A stretch of 64,000 bases of DNA from Sulfitobacter sp. (GTDB lineage: Bacteria; Pseudomonadota; Alphaproteobacteria; Rhodobacterales; Rhodobacteraceae): the NCBI GenBank assembly GCA_029252045.1, contig JAQXCD010000004.1, positions 5,675 to 69,674 on the forward strand. The letters are read 5' to 3'. Shown one piece after another: positions 1 to 10,591 of this stretch. The notes under the pieces are model-generated. The model was not told the origin of the DNA. It was given only the letters and a program-made list of their open reading frames with translations, and made no database searches. Within the stretch, counting starts at the first letter, position 1. Each line of letters opens with the position of its first letter. The position numbers were made by a program, and so were the translations under genes.

Positions 1-99
1 ACAATGAAGCGGGGGCGGTGCGCCTTGCTGCGATAACATGTGTCCCAGGGGCGCGATATTTTTATCGCCTTTGTAAATTTACGGGCGTAAGGCTGGCCT

Positions 100-1332
100 A
101 TGATAGATTTTTTGACCCTTGATGACGCGCGCAACCAGCCAGCATGGCGGCGCCCGAAAGTGTTGCTGTTTGTGATGGCTTTGGCCATGCCGATTGCGTT
201 TTTTACCTGGTATGCGTTGTTGAACAACTTTGTAAAAGAAGTGGCGCAGTTTGACGGGGCCGACATCGGGCTTTTGCATACGATCCGGGAAATTCCGGGA
301 TTCCTGTCTTTTCTGGTGATCTTTTTGATCATCATTATCCGCGAGCAGGTGTTGGGGTTGGTCTCGCTTATGGTGTTGGGGGCGGCGACGGCTGTGACGG
401 CATGGTACCCGCAGCTGACGGGTATTTTGATGCTGACTTTCCTGAGCTCGGTGGGGTTTCACTATTACGAGACAGTAAACCAGTCCTTGCAGCTGCAATG
501 GTTGCCCAAGGATAAGGCGCCGCAGATTATGGGCTGGCTGATGGCGACAGGCTCGGCTGCCACGTTTTGCGTGTATTTTGTGATCATGGTTCTGTGGGAG
601 CCCTTGGGGCTGACCTATGATATCGTGTTTATGGCGGGTGGCGGATTGACGATGGCGATTGCGCTGTTTGCGTTGCTGGCCTTTCCGCAATACGAGAGCC
701 CGCATCCGCAGATCAAGAAGCTGGTCCTGCGCAAACGCTACTGGCTCTATTATGCGCTGCAATTCATGTCAGGCGCGCGGCGGCAGATATTCATGGTCTT
801 TGCCGGCTTTATGATGGTCGAGAAGTTCGGCTTTCAGGTGCATGAGGTGGCGGGATTGTATTTGGTGAACCTGTTACTGAACATGATCATTGCCCCCATG
901 CTGGGCCGTATTGTTGCACGGTTTGGCGAGCGTAAGGCCTTGATGTTCGAATATACCGGATTGGTTTGTGTGTTTCTGGCTTACGGCGGCGTCTACTTCT
1001 TTGACTGGGGCTTTCAGGTGGCGGCGGTACTTTATGTTCTGGACCATATGTTCTTTGGTCTGGCGCTGGCGTTGAAAACGTATTTCCAGAAGATTGGCGC
1101 GCCCGGAGATATGGCGCCCACGGCGGCGGTGGCCTTTACCATCAACCACATCGCGGCGGTCTTCTTGCCGGTTAGCCTAGGGTTCTTGTGGCTGGCGTCC
1201 CCTGCGGCGGTGTTTTTGTTGGCGGCGGGGATGGCATCGGTGTCCTTTGTGCTGGCGACGATGATCCCGCGCCATCCGGATGCGGGCAATGAGACGGTGT
1301 TTGTCGCGCGCAGGCTCAAGGCGGCGGAATGA
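100..1332 (+). CDS. MFS transporter
   Basis: 410-aa ORF with about 12 hydrophobic segments and an MFS-like loop motif (GRIVARFGERK). Confidence 0.8.
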   Translation: MIDFLTLDDARNQPAWRRPKVLLFVMALAMPIAFFTWYALLNNFVKEVAQFDGADIGLLHTIREIPGFLSFLVIFLIIIIREQVLGLVSLMVLGAATAVTAWYPQLTGILMLTFLSSVGFHYYETVNQSLQLQWLPKDKAPQIMGWLMATGSAATFCVYFVIMVLWEPLGLTYDIVFMAGGGLTMAIALFALLAFPQYESPHPQIKKLVLRKRYWLYYALQFMSGARRQIFMVFAGFMMVEKFGFQVHEVAGLYLVNLLLNMIIAPMLGRIVARFGERKALMFEYTGLVCVFLAYGGVYFFDWGFQVAAVLYVLDHMFFGLALALKTYFQKIGAPGDMAPTAAVAFTINHIAAVFLPVSLGFLWLASPAAVFLLAAGMASVSFVLATMIPRHPDAGNETVFVARRLKAAE

Positions 1333-2722
1333 GCGGGCAGGCCGCTTCCTCACCGGCTCTACTCTCGGGCATGTGGTGCGGATGACAGCCACCGGTGCGC
1401 TGGGCATCACGTTTGTGTTTGTCGTGGATGCGGCGAACCTGCTGTGGGTGAGCCAGCTGGGTGACAGGCAGCTGGTGGCGGCCATCGGGTTTGCCTATGC
1501 GGTGCAATTCTTTTCGGTCTCGATTGCAGTGGGGCTGATGATTGCGGCTACGGCTGTGGTGTCGCGCAGTATTGGCGCGGGGGATCGCGACAAGGCGCGC
1601 CGTCAGGCGGGTGCGGCTGTGGTGATCGCCGCGTGCACACTGGCGGTTGTCTCGGCTTTGATCGTTCTATTCCGTCAGCAGTTGGTAGGCTGGGCTGGTG
1701 CCGAGGGCGAGACGGCGCGGCTGGCGGCCCGCTATCTGGCGATAAGCATTCCCTCCTTGGTGCCGATGTCGGCTGCACTTGTAATGTCGGGAACATTGCG
1801 TGCGGACGGCTACGGGGCGAAGGCGATGTATGTGACGCTTCTGGCGGGCGTGGTACTGCTGATCATTGATCCCTTTCTGATCTATTATTCCGGCTGGGGG
1901 CTGGACGGTGTTGCGGTAGGTCTGGTGCTGTTTCGTTTTGCGCTGCTGGCGCTTGCAGTGCGTTTTGCCATCATCGAGATGAACCTGATTGACCGCCCGC
2001 GGCTGAGCACGTTGCGCAATATCGGCGCGCCCTTTGTTGCTGTGGCCATCCCTGCAATTGCGACACAGATGAGCACACCTGTGGGCAACTACCTGTTGAC
2101 CCGGGTGATGGCCCCTTACGGCGATGATGCCGTGGCTGCATGGGCGGTGGTTGGGCGGCTGACGGTGGTGGTGTTTGGCGGTATATTTGCGCTGTCGGGG
2201 GCAATTGGTGGCATCTTCGGCCAGAACTTTGGCGCGGGGCAGATGGAGCGTGTGCGCAGCACCTACCGCGATGCGCTGGTATTTTGCCTGATTTATACGC
2301 TGGTCGCCTGGGGCCTTTTTGTGCTGCTGGTGCCCTATATCATCGCCGCGTTTGATCTGAGCGGGCAGGGCGCGGATGTGTTGAATGCCTTTGCGGTGAT
2401 CGGAGTGGGCGGGTTTATTTTCTTTGGCGCGCTGTTTGTGTCGAATGCTGCGTTTAACAATCTGGGCAAGCCGGGCCGCTCGACTTTGGTGAACTGGACC
2501 AAGGACGGCGTTCTGAGCCTGCCAGCGGCGCTGTGGTTCGCGGGCATTTTCGGCGCTGCGGGTGTGATTTATGGCCAAGCGGCCGCAGGGATTGTCGTTG
2601 GTGCGGTTTCGGCCACTTGGGGCTGGTTTTATGTAAAGGGGCTTAGGCCTGTAGATGCGGTTGCCCTTGACCCTGCCGCACCAGCGCCCTACCCGAACCC
2701 TGACAGACACAGGAGCCGATAG
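1329..2722 (+). pseudogene. MATE-family efflux transporter, frameshifted near the start (or 1-nt sequencing error)
   Basis: ATG at 1329 overlaps the MFS stop (ATGA) and reads MSGQ. The MATE body (GRFLTGSTLGHVVRMT...GQNFGAG) is in another frame. One extra G at 1340-1341 would restore MSGQGRFLTGS. Confidence 0.65.
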
Positions 2723-3595
2723 ATGCCAACCTTTACCGCACTGACCACGCTGACAGGCCGCGAGCCTGCCTATACTTTGGGCGAAGCCATGGAGGCATTG
2801 AACCCTGAGCCGACAGGTGTGGGTGTTTTCGAGATGGAAGACGGCTCCGGCCTGTGGGAAGTCGGCGGATATTTCGAGGAAGCGCCGGATGAGGCGGCGT
2901 TGGCCGTGCTTGCAGCCGCATTGGGGGCAAAGCCCTTTGTGGTGTCAGAGTTGCCCGAGACAGATTGGGTTGCACATGTGCGCCGCGAGCTGGCGCCCGT
3001 CGAGGCGGGACGCTTTTTTGTCTATGGTTCACATGATGCGGATAAAGTGCCGGCCGATTGCGAGCCGCTGTTGATCGAGGCGGCAATGGCATTTGGTACG
3101 GGCCACCATGGCACGACGCTGGGCTGCTTGAAGGCGTTGGACATGCTGGCGAACGACGGATTTGTGGGCAAACGTGTGGTGGACATCGGCTGTGGTACAG
3201 CCGTGTTGGCCATGGGCGCTGCAAGGATCTGGGCGGATACCGTTCTGGCGTCTGACATTGACGAAGTCGCTGTAGATGTGGCGCGTGCCAATGTTGTGGC
3301 AAACGGGCTGGAGGGCCGTGTCAATTGTGTCGAGGCCGCAGGCTTTGATCATCCCTCACTGGCAGAGGCCGCGCCCTTTGATCTGGTGTTCGCCAATATC
3401 CTCAAGGGACCCCTGATTGCACTGGCCCCTGATATGGCGTGCGTGATGGCGGCCGATGGCTATGCGATTCTTTCGGGTATCCTGAACGAGCAGGCAGACG
3501 AAGTGATTGGCGTTTATGCACAGTCTGGCATCAATCTACACCATCGCGAGAGCATTGGTGACTGGACGACAATAGTGCTTCGGAAAATGACCTAG
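2723..3595 (+). CDS. prmA: 50S ribosomal protein L11 methyltransferase
   Basis: AMAFGTGHHGTT, VVDIGCGTAVLA and FANIL motifs. Confidence 0.92.
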   Translation: MPTFTALTTLTGREPAYTLGEAMEALNPEPTGVGVFEMEDGSGLWEVGGYFEEAPDEAALAVLAAALGAKPFVVSELPETDWVAHVRRELAPVEAGRFFVYGSHDADKVPADCEPLLIEAAMAFGTGHHGTTLGCLKALDMLANDGFVGKRVVDIGCGTAVLAMGAARIWADTVLASDIDEVAVDVARANVVANGLEGRVNCVEAAGFDHPSLAEAAPFDLVFANILKGPLIALAPDMACVMAADGYAILSGILNEQADEVIGVYAQSGINLHHRESIGDWTTIVLRKMT

Positions 3596-3601
3596 AAGAT
3601 A

Positions 3602-3649
3602 CCCCATTTGGGGCCATTGCGCCCCATTTGCCCCACTTTTGCCACATTG
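3602..3649. repeat. Roughly 10-bp-phased CCCCAT-like repeats in a promoter region
   Basis: CCCCATTTG at 3602 and 3622, GGCCATTG at 3612, CCCCACTTT at 3631, GCCACATTG at 3641. The first unit is part of the palindrome CCCCA-TT-TGGGG. Confidence 0.5.
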
Positions 3650-3706
3650 TTTGTCTAAAAATTATCTCAACAACGGTGGGGGCTGTTGCTGAGAGAGACC
3701 ACTGTC

Positions 3707-4054
3707 ATGGTTTACACAAAACAAGATTTTAATGCGCGTCTGAACACAGTCGGCGGTAAGCATTCCAAGCTCGTTCGCCGTGGCTACACGTCAGGCGTCG
3801 ACAAAAATGGTATCATCATTACAAAGCCAAAGCGGGCCCGTGTCCGGTTACCCGTCAAAGGTCTAGTTTTGATGGTGTTCAGCTTCTTTTGCTTCAAAGC
3901 ATTTATGCTGATTGCGAATGGTCCCGATACTTATAATGACCGCCTTGCGACATTGCAGAACGGCACAGTCATCGAGACAATGGGCGCAAAAGTCCTGAGC
4001 ATTGATCCGGCGACCCAGTTCATTGCGGATCAGGTTGGACCCTATCTGCGCTAA
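3707..4054 (+). CDS. Conserved hypothetical single-pass membrane protein
   Basis: ORF with a basic N-terminus and one hydrophobic helix (GLVLMVFSFFCFKAFMLIA). ATG at 3707 chosen over the upstream TTG. Confidence 0.7.
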   Translation: MVYTKQDFNARLNTVGGKHSKLVRRGYTSGVDKNGIIITKPKRARVRLPVKGLVLMVFSFFCFKAFMLIANGPDTYNDRLATLQNGTVIETMGAKVLSIDPATQFIADQVGPYLR

Positions 4055-4141
4055 TTTGCGAAACGACCTCTATGGTCTGCTCCCCCGGGGGGGAGGGGCG
4101 GCTGTGGGGGCACTTTTGCGCAACGTGATACAGCGCAAAAT

Positions 4142-4185
4142 AAGAAGGCCGCGACTGGATTTACCAGCGCGGCCTTTTCTTGTTT
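4142..4185. terminator. Bidirectional intrinsic terminator between convergent genes
   Basis: AAGGCCGCG (4145-4153) and CGCGGCCTT (4168-4176) form a stem, with T-rich tails on both strands. Confidence 0.7.
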
Positions 4186-4237
4186 GAAGCGAGAGCAGCA
4201 GGTGCGCCGGTTCTGGCGCCGCTGCTTCGGATCACAT

Positions 4238-4456
4238 TCAGCGGATCAGGTAGCTCCGTGCGATACCTTCGATATCGCCACGCTCAAGACCGATATCCGC
4301 CAGTTCGCGGTCTGTCAGGCCTGTGAGTGCTTTGCTTGTTACGCGTGCATCGTTCCATGCGCGAACAGAGTTTGCCAGATCGGCAGCAAAAGCGAATGTG
4401 CGGTTTGCAAATGATGCAACGCCATATGTGGTGCGGGTGGTGTCAAAAGCAGCCAT
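4238..4456 (-). CDS. DUF1127 (YjiS-like) small protein
   Basis: 72 aa with the signature W..AR.T.KAL..LTDRELADIGLERGDI. Confidence 0.88.
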   Translation of the reverse strand: MAAFDTTRTTYGVASFANRTFAFAADLANSVRAWNDARVTSKALTGLTDRELADIGLERGDIEGIARSYLIR

Positions 4457-4562
4457 TGGAGCCGTCCTTCTATTTAAGAGGTTATGCCAGTTTCTCTGGC
4501 GATCTGATGCTCAAATAGGCAGAGTGAGAACTTCGCGCAAGTGGCTGTCACGCACGGCTGAT

Positions 4563-4577
4563 ATGCGTTTTCTGCAT
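4563..4577. promoter_or_regulatory. LysR-type palindromic site upstream of the DUF1127 gene
   Basis: ATGC-N7-GCAT, which contains the T-N11-A core, about 110 bp upstream of the start. Confidence 0.4.
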
Positions 4578-4799
4578 AGCAGCAAAAACGCCATTTACTC
4601 CTTTAAACTATGGCGAAATTTAGGCAAAAGCAATGTCGTTTTTGACCGATTTCGCCTCGTTCTTCTCTGCGTCGCAGCAATGGGTGTCGCGGATGGGGTG
4701 GCTGGGGTCGAAAATAGACCATGAGCGGAAATTGGTAGGCAATGTTCGCGTTTCGTGCTACTGCAACCAAAAAGCAACAATAACGAGAGGCATGAGTGG

Positions 4800-5309
4800 A
4801 TGATCAGGGTAATCGGCATCGATCCGGGCCTGCGAAACATGGGTTGGGGCGTGATTGACGTCTCGGGCAGCAAGTTAAGCCATGTCGCAAATGGAATCTG
4901 CCACTCTGAAACAGGGATGGAATTGGCGGAGCGGTTGTTGACGCTGCATGCGCAGCTGACGCGAGTGTTTGTAACCTACCGCCCGCAGACAGCTGCGGTC
5001 GAGCATACGTTTGTGAACAAGGACGGCGTGGCCACGCTCAAACTGGGACAGGCGCGTGGTATTGCGCTGTTGGTGCCCGCGCAGATGGGCCTGGCCGTGG
5101 GGGAGTATGCCCCTAACAACGTCAAGAAGACGGTTGTAGGGGTAGGCCACGCAGACAAGGGGCAGGTTGCGCATATGGTGCGGATGCAACTGCCCGGTGT
5201 CCGGTTCGAGGGACCGGACGCGGCGGACGCACTGGCAATTGCCATTACCCATGCGCATCACGGCGGGGCGTCCAGCTTTGCCGCAGCTGTAGCGAGGGCC
5301 AGCGCATGA
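4800..5309 (+). CDS. ruvC: Holliday junction resolvase RuvC
   Basis: [25 protein letters not shown] and DAADALAIA motifs; first gene of ruvCAB. Confidence 0.95.
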   Translation: MIRVIGIDPGLRNMGWGVIDVSGSKLSHVANGICHSETGMELAERLLTLHAQLTRVFVTYRPQTAAVEHTFVNKDGVATLKLGQARGIALLVPAQMGLAVGEYAPNNVKKTVVGVGHADKGQVAHMVRMQLPGVRFEGPDAADALAIAITHAHHGGASSFAAAVARASA

Positions 5310-5968
5310 TTGGCAAGATTACAGGCCGTATCGAGTACCGTGCAGTTGATCATGTACTGATTGACGTGCGCGGTGTGGGATATCTGGTGTTCTGCTCGGA
5401 ACGGACACTGGCGGGCTTGCCGCCTGTGGGTGAAGTAACTGCCGTCTATACCGATATGTTGGTCCAAGAGACGAATTTGCAGCTGTTTGGCTTTACCACG
5501 CTGGCAGAGAAAGAGTGGCATAGATTGTTGACGAGTGTTCAGGGAATTGGGGCCAAGGCCTCACTGGCTATTCTTGGCGCGCTTGGGCCGGATGGTATCG
5601 GGCGTGCGATTGCGCTGGGAGACTGGAATGCGGTGAAGGCGGCAAAGGGCGTAGGCCCCAAGATTGCACAGCGCGTTGTGCTGGATCTGAAGGATAAGGC
5701 CCCGGCGATGATGGCGATGGGCGGCACGGTAGCTGAGGCGCTGGGAGACGCCGAGGCCGAAGTGATCGAGACGCCTGCACCACGCAAGAAAGCCGCCCCC
5801 GCACCGAATGCCAGCGCGCAGTCGGAGGCCCTGTCGGCCCTGTCAAACCTTGGCTACGTCCCATCCGATGCGGCGGGGGCCGTGGCGCGGGCTGCGGGTG
5901 AGGCACCTGATGCGGATACGCCGACGCTGATCCGCGCGGCGTTGAAACTTCTGGCGCCAAGAGAGTAA
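5306..5968 (+). CDS. ruvA: Holliday junction branch migration protein RuvA
   Basis: [30 protein letters not shown] and ALSNLGY motifs. Confidence 0.95.
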   Translation: MIGKITGRIEYRAVDHVLIDVRGVGYLVFCSERTLAGLPPVGEVTAVYTDMLVQETNLQLFGFTTLAEKEWHRLLTSVQGIGAKASLAILGALGPDGIGRAIALGDWNAVKAAKGVGPKIAQRVVLDLKDKAPAMMAMGGTVAEALGDAEAEVIETPAPRKKAAPAPNASAQSEALSALSNLGYVPSDAAGAVARAAGEAPDADTPTLIRAALKLLAPRE

Positions 5969-6015
5969 TATGCGCTTATCAAGCCATGACGGCTTTCTTC
6001 GCTTAGGGACGGTAC

Positions 6016-7035
6016 ATGATAGACAGTGATCCGATTGTTCGGCCCGAGGGCATGCCGGAAGATTTTGACCGCGCCTTGCGCCCGCAGATGCTGGACGAGT
6101 TTGTGGGGCAGGCGGAAGCGCGTGCGAACCTCAAGGTCTTTATCCAATCCGCCAAGCAGCGCGAAGAGGCGATGGACCATACATTGTTTCATGGTCCACC
6201 CGGATTGGGAAAGACCACGCTGGCGCAGATTATGGCGCGCGAGCTGGGTGTGGGGTTCCGGATGACATCGGGTCCTGTGCTGGCCAAGGCCGGTGATCTG
6301 GCCGCGATCCTGACCAATCTGGAAGCGCGCGATGTGTTGTTCATTGACGAGATCCACAGGCTTAATCCGGCCGTTGAAGAGGTGCTATATCCGGCGCTGG
6401 AGGATTTCGAGCTGGATCTGGTGATTGGTGAAGGACCTGCTGCGCGCACCGTGCGCATTGAATTGCAGCCCTTTACGCTGGTCGGAGCCACCACGCGGAT
6501 GGGCCTGCTGACAACCCCGCTGCGCGACCGTTTTGGTATACCGACACGGTTGCAGTTTTATACCGAAGACGAGCTGTTTATCATCGTTGAGCGGAATGCC
6601 CGTAAACTGGGTGCCCCTGCCGACGAGGGTGGTGCGCGCGAAATTGCCAAACGCGCCCGCGGCACACCGCGTATTGCAGGCCGGTTGCTGCGGCGTGTGG
6701 TGGATTTTGCGGTCGTGGAGGGTGACGGGCGTGTAACCCGTGCGTTGGCAGATATGGCGCTGACGCGACTGGGGGTCGATCATCTGGGACTGGATGGTGC
6801 AGATAGGCGCTATTTGCAGTTGATTGCGGATCATTATCAAGGTGGACCCGTCGGGATTGAAACACTGTCGGCGGCTTTGTCTGAGTCTCGTGACTCACTG
6901 GAAGATGTAATTGAGCCGTTCTTGTTGCAGCAGGGTCTGATCCAGCGCACACCGCGCGGGCGGATGTTGGCGCAGAAAGCATGGACGCATTTGGGAATGG
7001 AGCCGCCGAAACGGGATGTTGACCTGTTTGGCTGA
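6016..7035 (+). CDS. ruvB: Holliday junction helicase RuvB
   Basis: [25 protein letters not shown] and RGTPRIA motifs. Confidence 0.97.
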   Translation: MIDSDPIVRPEGMPEDFDRALRPQMLDEFVGQAEARANLKVFIQSAKQREEAMDHTLFHGPPGLGKTTLAQIMARELGVGFRMTSGPVLAKAGDLAAILTNLEARDVLFIDEIHRLNPAVEEVLYPALEDFELDLVIGEGPAARTVRIELQPFTLVGATTRMGLLTTPLRDRFGIPTRLQFYTEDELFIIVERNARKLGAPADEGGAREIAKRARGTPRIAGRLLRRVVDFAVVEGDGRVTRALADMALTRLGVDHLGLDGADRRYLQLIADHYQGGPVGIETLSAALSESRDSLEDVIEPFLLQQGLIQRTPRGRMLAQKAWTHLGMEPPKRDVDLFG

Positions 7036-7059
7036 TCGCGGATTGAGTTTAGAGGCACA

Positions 7060-7695
7060 ATGAAGATGGAACCGGAACAGATCGAGGCGCTGTTTACCCG
7101 CGCGGACGGGCAATTTGTTTTTGCGCGTTGGGGGCGGCCTATTGCGCCTGTGATTTTTGGTGTTGAAGAGGCGACGTTGGAAGTTGTTAAAGGCGCGCTG
7201 GAAGCAGTGGCGGTTTTGGCGGATCATAAGATGGCCGAGACGGATATGGAGCTCGGCTCTAACCTGATGGTGTTTTTCTTTTCCGACTGGGCGGAATTAC
7301 TGGATGTGCCTGGCATGGACCGGTTGGTGCCGGATCTGGGTCCGTTGGTGGCGCGCTTGCAGGGGGCAGAGGCCAACCAGTACCGGTTCTTCCGCTTTGA
7401 CGAGAGTGGCGCCATCAAGGCGTGTTTTGTGTTTTTGCGGATGGATGAAAACCTTAGCGCTGTTCCGGCGCAGACGCTGGCGCTGAGCCAGATTGTGCAG
7501 TCCTATCTGCTGTGGTCCGATACGGCGTTTCGCGATCAGTCGCCTTTGGCGTTCGCGGGGGATACCACAATCCTTCGACCTGACATCGCGGGGCTGATCC
7601 GTGCGGCCTATGATCCGGTGCTGCCGCCAGCGGCGATGGACGTGAGCCATGCGCTGCGGCTTTATGCGCGGATGCAGGCGGAGGCGGTGCAGTGA
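7060..7695 (+). CDS. Conserved hypothetical protein between ruvB and ybgC
   Basis: 211-aa ORF with typical codon usage; its stop overlaps the ybgC start (GTGA). Confidence 0.7.
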   Translation: MKMEPEQIEALFTRADGQFVFARWGRPIAPVIFGVEEATLEVVKGALEAVAVLADHKMAETDMELGSNLMVFFFSDWAELLDVPGMDRLVPDLGPLVARLQGAEANQYRFFRFDESGAIKACFVFLRMDENLSAVPAQTLALSQIVQSYLLWSDTAFRDQSPLAFAGDTTILRPDIAGLIRAAYDPVLPPAAMDVSHALRLYARMQAEAVQ

Positions 7696-8078
7696 TCCAC
7701 CGCAAGGAAATCCGCGTCTATTATGAAGACACGGACATGGCGGGCATTGTCTATTATGCCAACTACCTGCGCTATATCGAGCGGGCCCGCAGTGACTGGG
7801 TGCGCGAGGTCGGCATTGATCAACTAGCGATGAAAGAAGCGGGCGTCGTCTTTGCCGTGCGCCGTGTCGAGGCGGACTATATTAGGCCTGCGCGGTTTGA
7901 TGACGTTCTTGAGGTGCGCACGACGCTTGATAGTCTGAGTGCGGCCAAAATGGTGATGGTACAGGAGGTTTGGCGCGCAGATGTGCTGATTTTCAGTGCA
8001 AAAGTGCTGATTGTTTGCATTGGTGCCTCTGGCAAGCCTGTGCGCCTTCCGGCGGAATGTCGCCTGCTGGAAACGTGA
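7692..8078 (+). CDS. ybgC: Tol-Pal-associated acyl-CoA thioesterase
   Basis: RVYYEDTDMAGIVYYANYL and ERARS motifs; lies upstream of tolQ. Confidence 0.92.
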   Translation: MIHRKEIRVYYEDTDMAGIVYYANYLRYIERARSDWVREVGIDQLAMKEAGVVFAVRRVEADYIRPARFDDVLEVRTTLDSLSAAKMVMVQEVWRADVLIFSAKVLIVCIGASGKPVRLPAECRLLET

Positions 8079-8187
8079 TCGGGTGCCTATACGCTTGGCT
8101 CTCGCTTTTTGTCTTGTGCTGCGCTAGATTCTAGCCAAATGGAGCCTGAGAACAGGCCCGTCCGAGGCAAGAGAGTAGAGCACACAC

Positions 8188-8883
8188 ATGCAGACAGCAT
8201 TGATAGCAGCCGAAATCGGCGGCAGCATTACCGTATGGGGCATGTTTGCCCAAGCGACGATCACCGTTAAGCTGGTGATGCTGGCCTTGGTTGCGGCCAG
8301 CATTTGGAGCTGGTCGATCATTGTCCAGAAAACCATCCAATATCGCGCCGCCAAGCGTGAAGCGGAAGAGTTTGACCATGCGTTCTGGTCGGGCGAGCCG
8401 CTGGACGGGTTGTTTGACCAGATCGGGCCCGAGCCGGAAGGGGCCGCCCAGAAGATTTTTGCGGCGGGTATGACCGAATGGCGCCGTTCGCACCGCGAAG
8501 ATGGCGGACTGATCCCCGGGGCAACAGCGCGCATCGACCGATCCATGGATGTCGCGATTGCAAAGGAAGCGGAGCGGCTTCACAAAGGTTTGCCGGTTTT
8601 GGCCACGACAGGCTCAACCGCGCCGTTTGTGGGTTTGTTCGGGACCGTGTTTGGTATCATGAACGCCTTTATCGAGATTGCAGAACAGCAAAACACCAAC
8701 CTTGCTGTGGTGGCGCCGGGTATCGCGGAGGCCTTGCTGGCGACGGGTCTGGGTCTGATGGCTGCGATCCCTGCCGTCGTTCTGTATAACAAGCTGAATG
8801 CAGACAGTGACCGTATCCTTGGCGGGTATGAGGCATTTGCTGACGAATTCGCCACCATCCTCAGCCGCCAGTTGGACAGCTGA
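8188..8883 (+). CDS. tolQ: TolQ
   Basis: LATTGSTAPFVGLFGTV and APGIAEALLAT motifs. Confidence 0.95.
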   Translation: MQTALIAAEIGGSITVWGMFAQATITVKLVMLALVAASIWSWSIIVQKTIQYRAAKREAEEFDHAFWSGEPLDGLFDQIGPEPEGAAQKIFAAGMTEWRRSHREDGGLIPGATARIDRSMDVAIAKEAERLHKGLPVLATTGSTAPFVGLFGTVFGIMNAFIEIAEQQNTNLAVVAPGIAEALLATGLGLMAAIPAVVLYNKLNADSDRILGGYEAFADEFATILSRQLDS

Positions 8884-8886
8884 GCC

Positions 8887-9360
8887 ATGGCAGGTGGCGT
8901 GATGAAAAATACTGGCGGGGGCGGACGGCGCGGCAGGCGGCGTGGCGGTGCGCAACCGATGTCCGAGATCAACATCACCCCGTTTGTGGACGTGATGCTG
9001 GTGTTGTTGATTATTTTCATGGTGGCAGCGCCCTTGCTGACCGTGGGTGTCCCTGTGGAGCTGCCAAAAACAGCGGCCTCAGCTTTGCCCGCCGAGCAGG
9101 AAGAGCCGTTGACCGTAACAATCACAGCAGACGGTGTTGTGCAGATTTTGACAACCGAGACCCCGCGTGAAGAGTTGATCCCGAAACTGCGCGCGGTTGC
9201 AGCCGAGCGTGAAGGGGACCGCGTGTTTTTGCGCGCTGACGGCGCTGTGCCTTACAGCACCGTTATGGAGATTATGGGTGCGCTGAATGCGGGCGGGTTT
9301 TCCAACATCGGTCTTGTGACGGATATTGGCGGGCCCACGCTGGATGGCAGCGGGAACTGA
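8887..9360 (+). CDS. tolR: TolR
   Basis: EINITPFVDVMLVLLIIFMVAAP motif. Confidence 0.95.
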   Translation: MAGGVMKNTGGGGRRGRRRGGAQPMSEINITPFVDVMLVLLIIFMVAAPLLTVGVPVELPKTAASALPAEQEEPLTVTITADGVVQILTTETPREELIPKLRAVAAEREGDRVFLRADGAVPYSTVMEIMGALNAGGFSNIGLVTDIGGPTLDGSGN

Positions 9361-9363
9361 GCG

Positions 9364-10473
9364 ATGTCCTCGCCGGAGAAAACAGCAAACATTATATCGG
9401 GAGGTGGGCATGCCGCTCTCCTCCTTTGGGTGCTGTTTGGCGGCATGTTTACCTCGCGTCCCGATCCGGTTGAGGTGCAGGAAGTTGCCATGATTTCGGG
9501 CGAGGAGTTCCAGTCCTTGGTAGATGCGGCGCGGCAGCCCGTTGTTGAAGCACCCGAGCCTGTGCCCGCAGCACCTGAAGTGACCCCTGAGGCACCCGAA
9601 GTTGATGTGGCCACACCAGAACCCGTGGCACCCCCGCCGCCGCCTGAAGAGGTGGCCGAACCTGCGCCGGAGCCTGTGGAAGAAGTGGTGCCCCAGATAT
9701 CCGAGGCCGCACCGATAAGCCCGGATGCACCTGCGGAAGTGACGGTGCAGGATGCGCCGCCGTCAACCCGTCCGATCGAGCGGCCTGCGGCAATCATCGC
9801 GCCGACCCCTGCGCCCGCACCCGAGCCGGAAGCTGTTCAGGAGCCGGAGCCACAAGAAGCTGTTGTCCCTGAGGAAACAGGCGAGACGGTTGAGCCGCCG
9901 CGCGAGGCCAAACAGGCGCCAGAGGCCACCAACCGGACGATCACGGAGGCCACGCAGCCGCCTGCCGCGTCGCCGAACCAATCCGCTCGCCCGCCCGCGC
10001 GCAGACCATCGGCGCCGCGTCCGGCTGAGCCTGCAGTGACCACGCCCACACCGGCAGCACCCACGCAAGACACTGCATCAGTGGACAATGCGGCCGTGCA
10101 AGCAGCTCTTAAAGCGGCGCTGAGTTCTGCCGAGAACACTGTACCGACCGGCCCGCCGATGTCATCGGGCGAAAAGGACGCGTTGCGCCTGGCGGTACAG
10201 GCCTGCTGGAACGTGGATCCGGGTGCCCGCTGGGCACTAACGACCGTGACGGTTGCGATGAACATGACACAAGACGGCAAAGTGATCGCCAACTCGCTGC
10301 GGATGATCGCCAGCGAGGGGGGCGATTCCTCTACTGCTGATGCGGCATTTGGTGCGGCGCGTCGCGCGATCCTGCTGTGCCAAAAGGACGGCTTTCCACT
10401 GCCTGCCGAAAAATACGGCCAGTGGCAGGAAATCGAGATGACGTTTAACCCCGAACGGATGCGCATCCGATGA
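9364..10473 (+). CDS. tolA: TolA-like Pro/Ala/Glu-rich energy transducer
   Basis: N-terminal SxxxH transmembrane helix, long PEP-rich linker, C-terminal CWN...WQEIEMTFNP; located between tolR and tolB. Confidence 0.85.
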   Translation: MSSPEKTANIISGGGHAALLLWVLFGGMFTSRPDPVEVQEVAMISGEEFQSLVDAARQPVVEAPEPVPAAPEVTPEAPEVDVATPEPVAPPPPPEEVAEPAPEPVEEVVPQISEAAPISPDAPAEVTVQDAPPSTRPIERPAAIIAPTPAPAPEPEAVQEPEPQEAVVPEETGETVEPPREAKQAPEATNRTITEATQPPAASPNQSARPPARRPSAPRPAEPAVTTPTPAAPTQDTASVDNAAVQAALKAALSSAENTVPTGPPMSSGEKDALRLAVQACWNVDPGARWALTTVTVAMNMTQDGKVIANSLRMIASEGGDSSTADAAFGAARRAILLCQKDGFPLPAEKYGQWQEIEMTFNPERMRIR

Positions 10474-10591
10474 AGGGGATTACGGGCGGTCTTTTGCGCT
10501 GCGGAAGAGAGATATACACTCTCCCCGTTGAAAAATAAGATAAATGGCGGGATATTGAACTGACGTTCACCCCTGAAAGGACGAGTTTGAA

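Noticed and set aside
4081-4110. G/C homopolymer palindrome TCCCCCGGGGGGGA as a separate mobile repeat
   Set aside because: It is too short and low-complexity to call without a genome-wide search; noted only within the DUF1127 3' region finding.
9364-10100. Pro/Glu/Ala-rich low-complexity repeats in the 369-aa ORF
   Set aside because: This is the ordinary TolA periplasmic linker.
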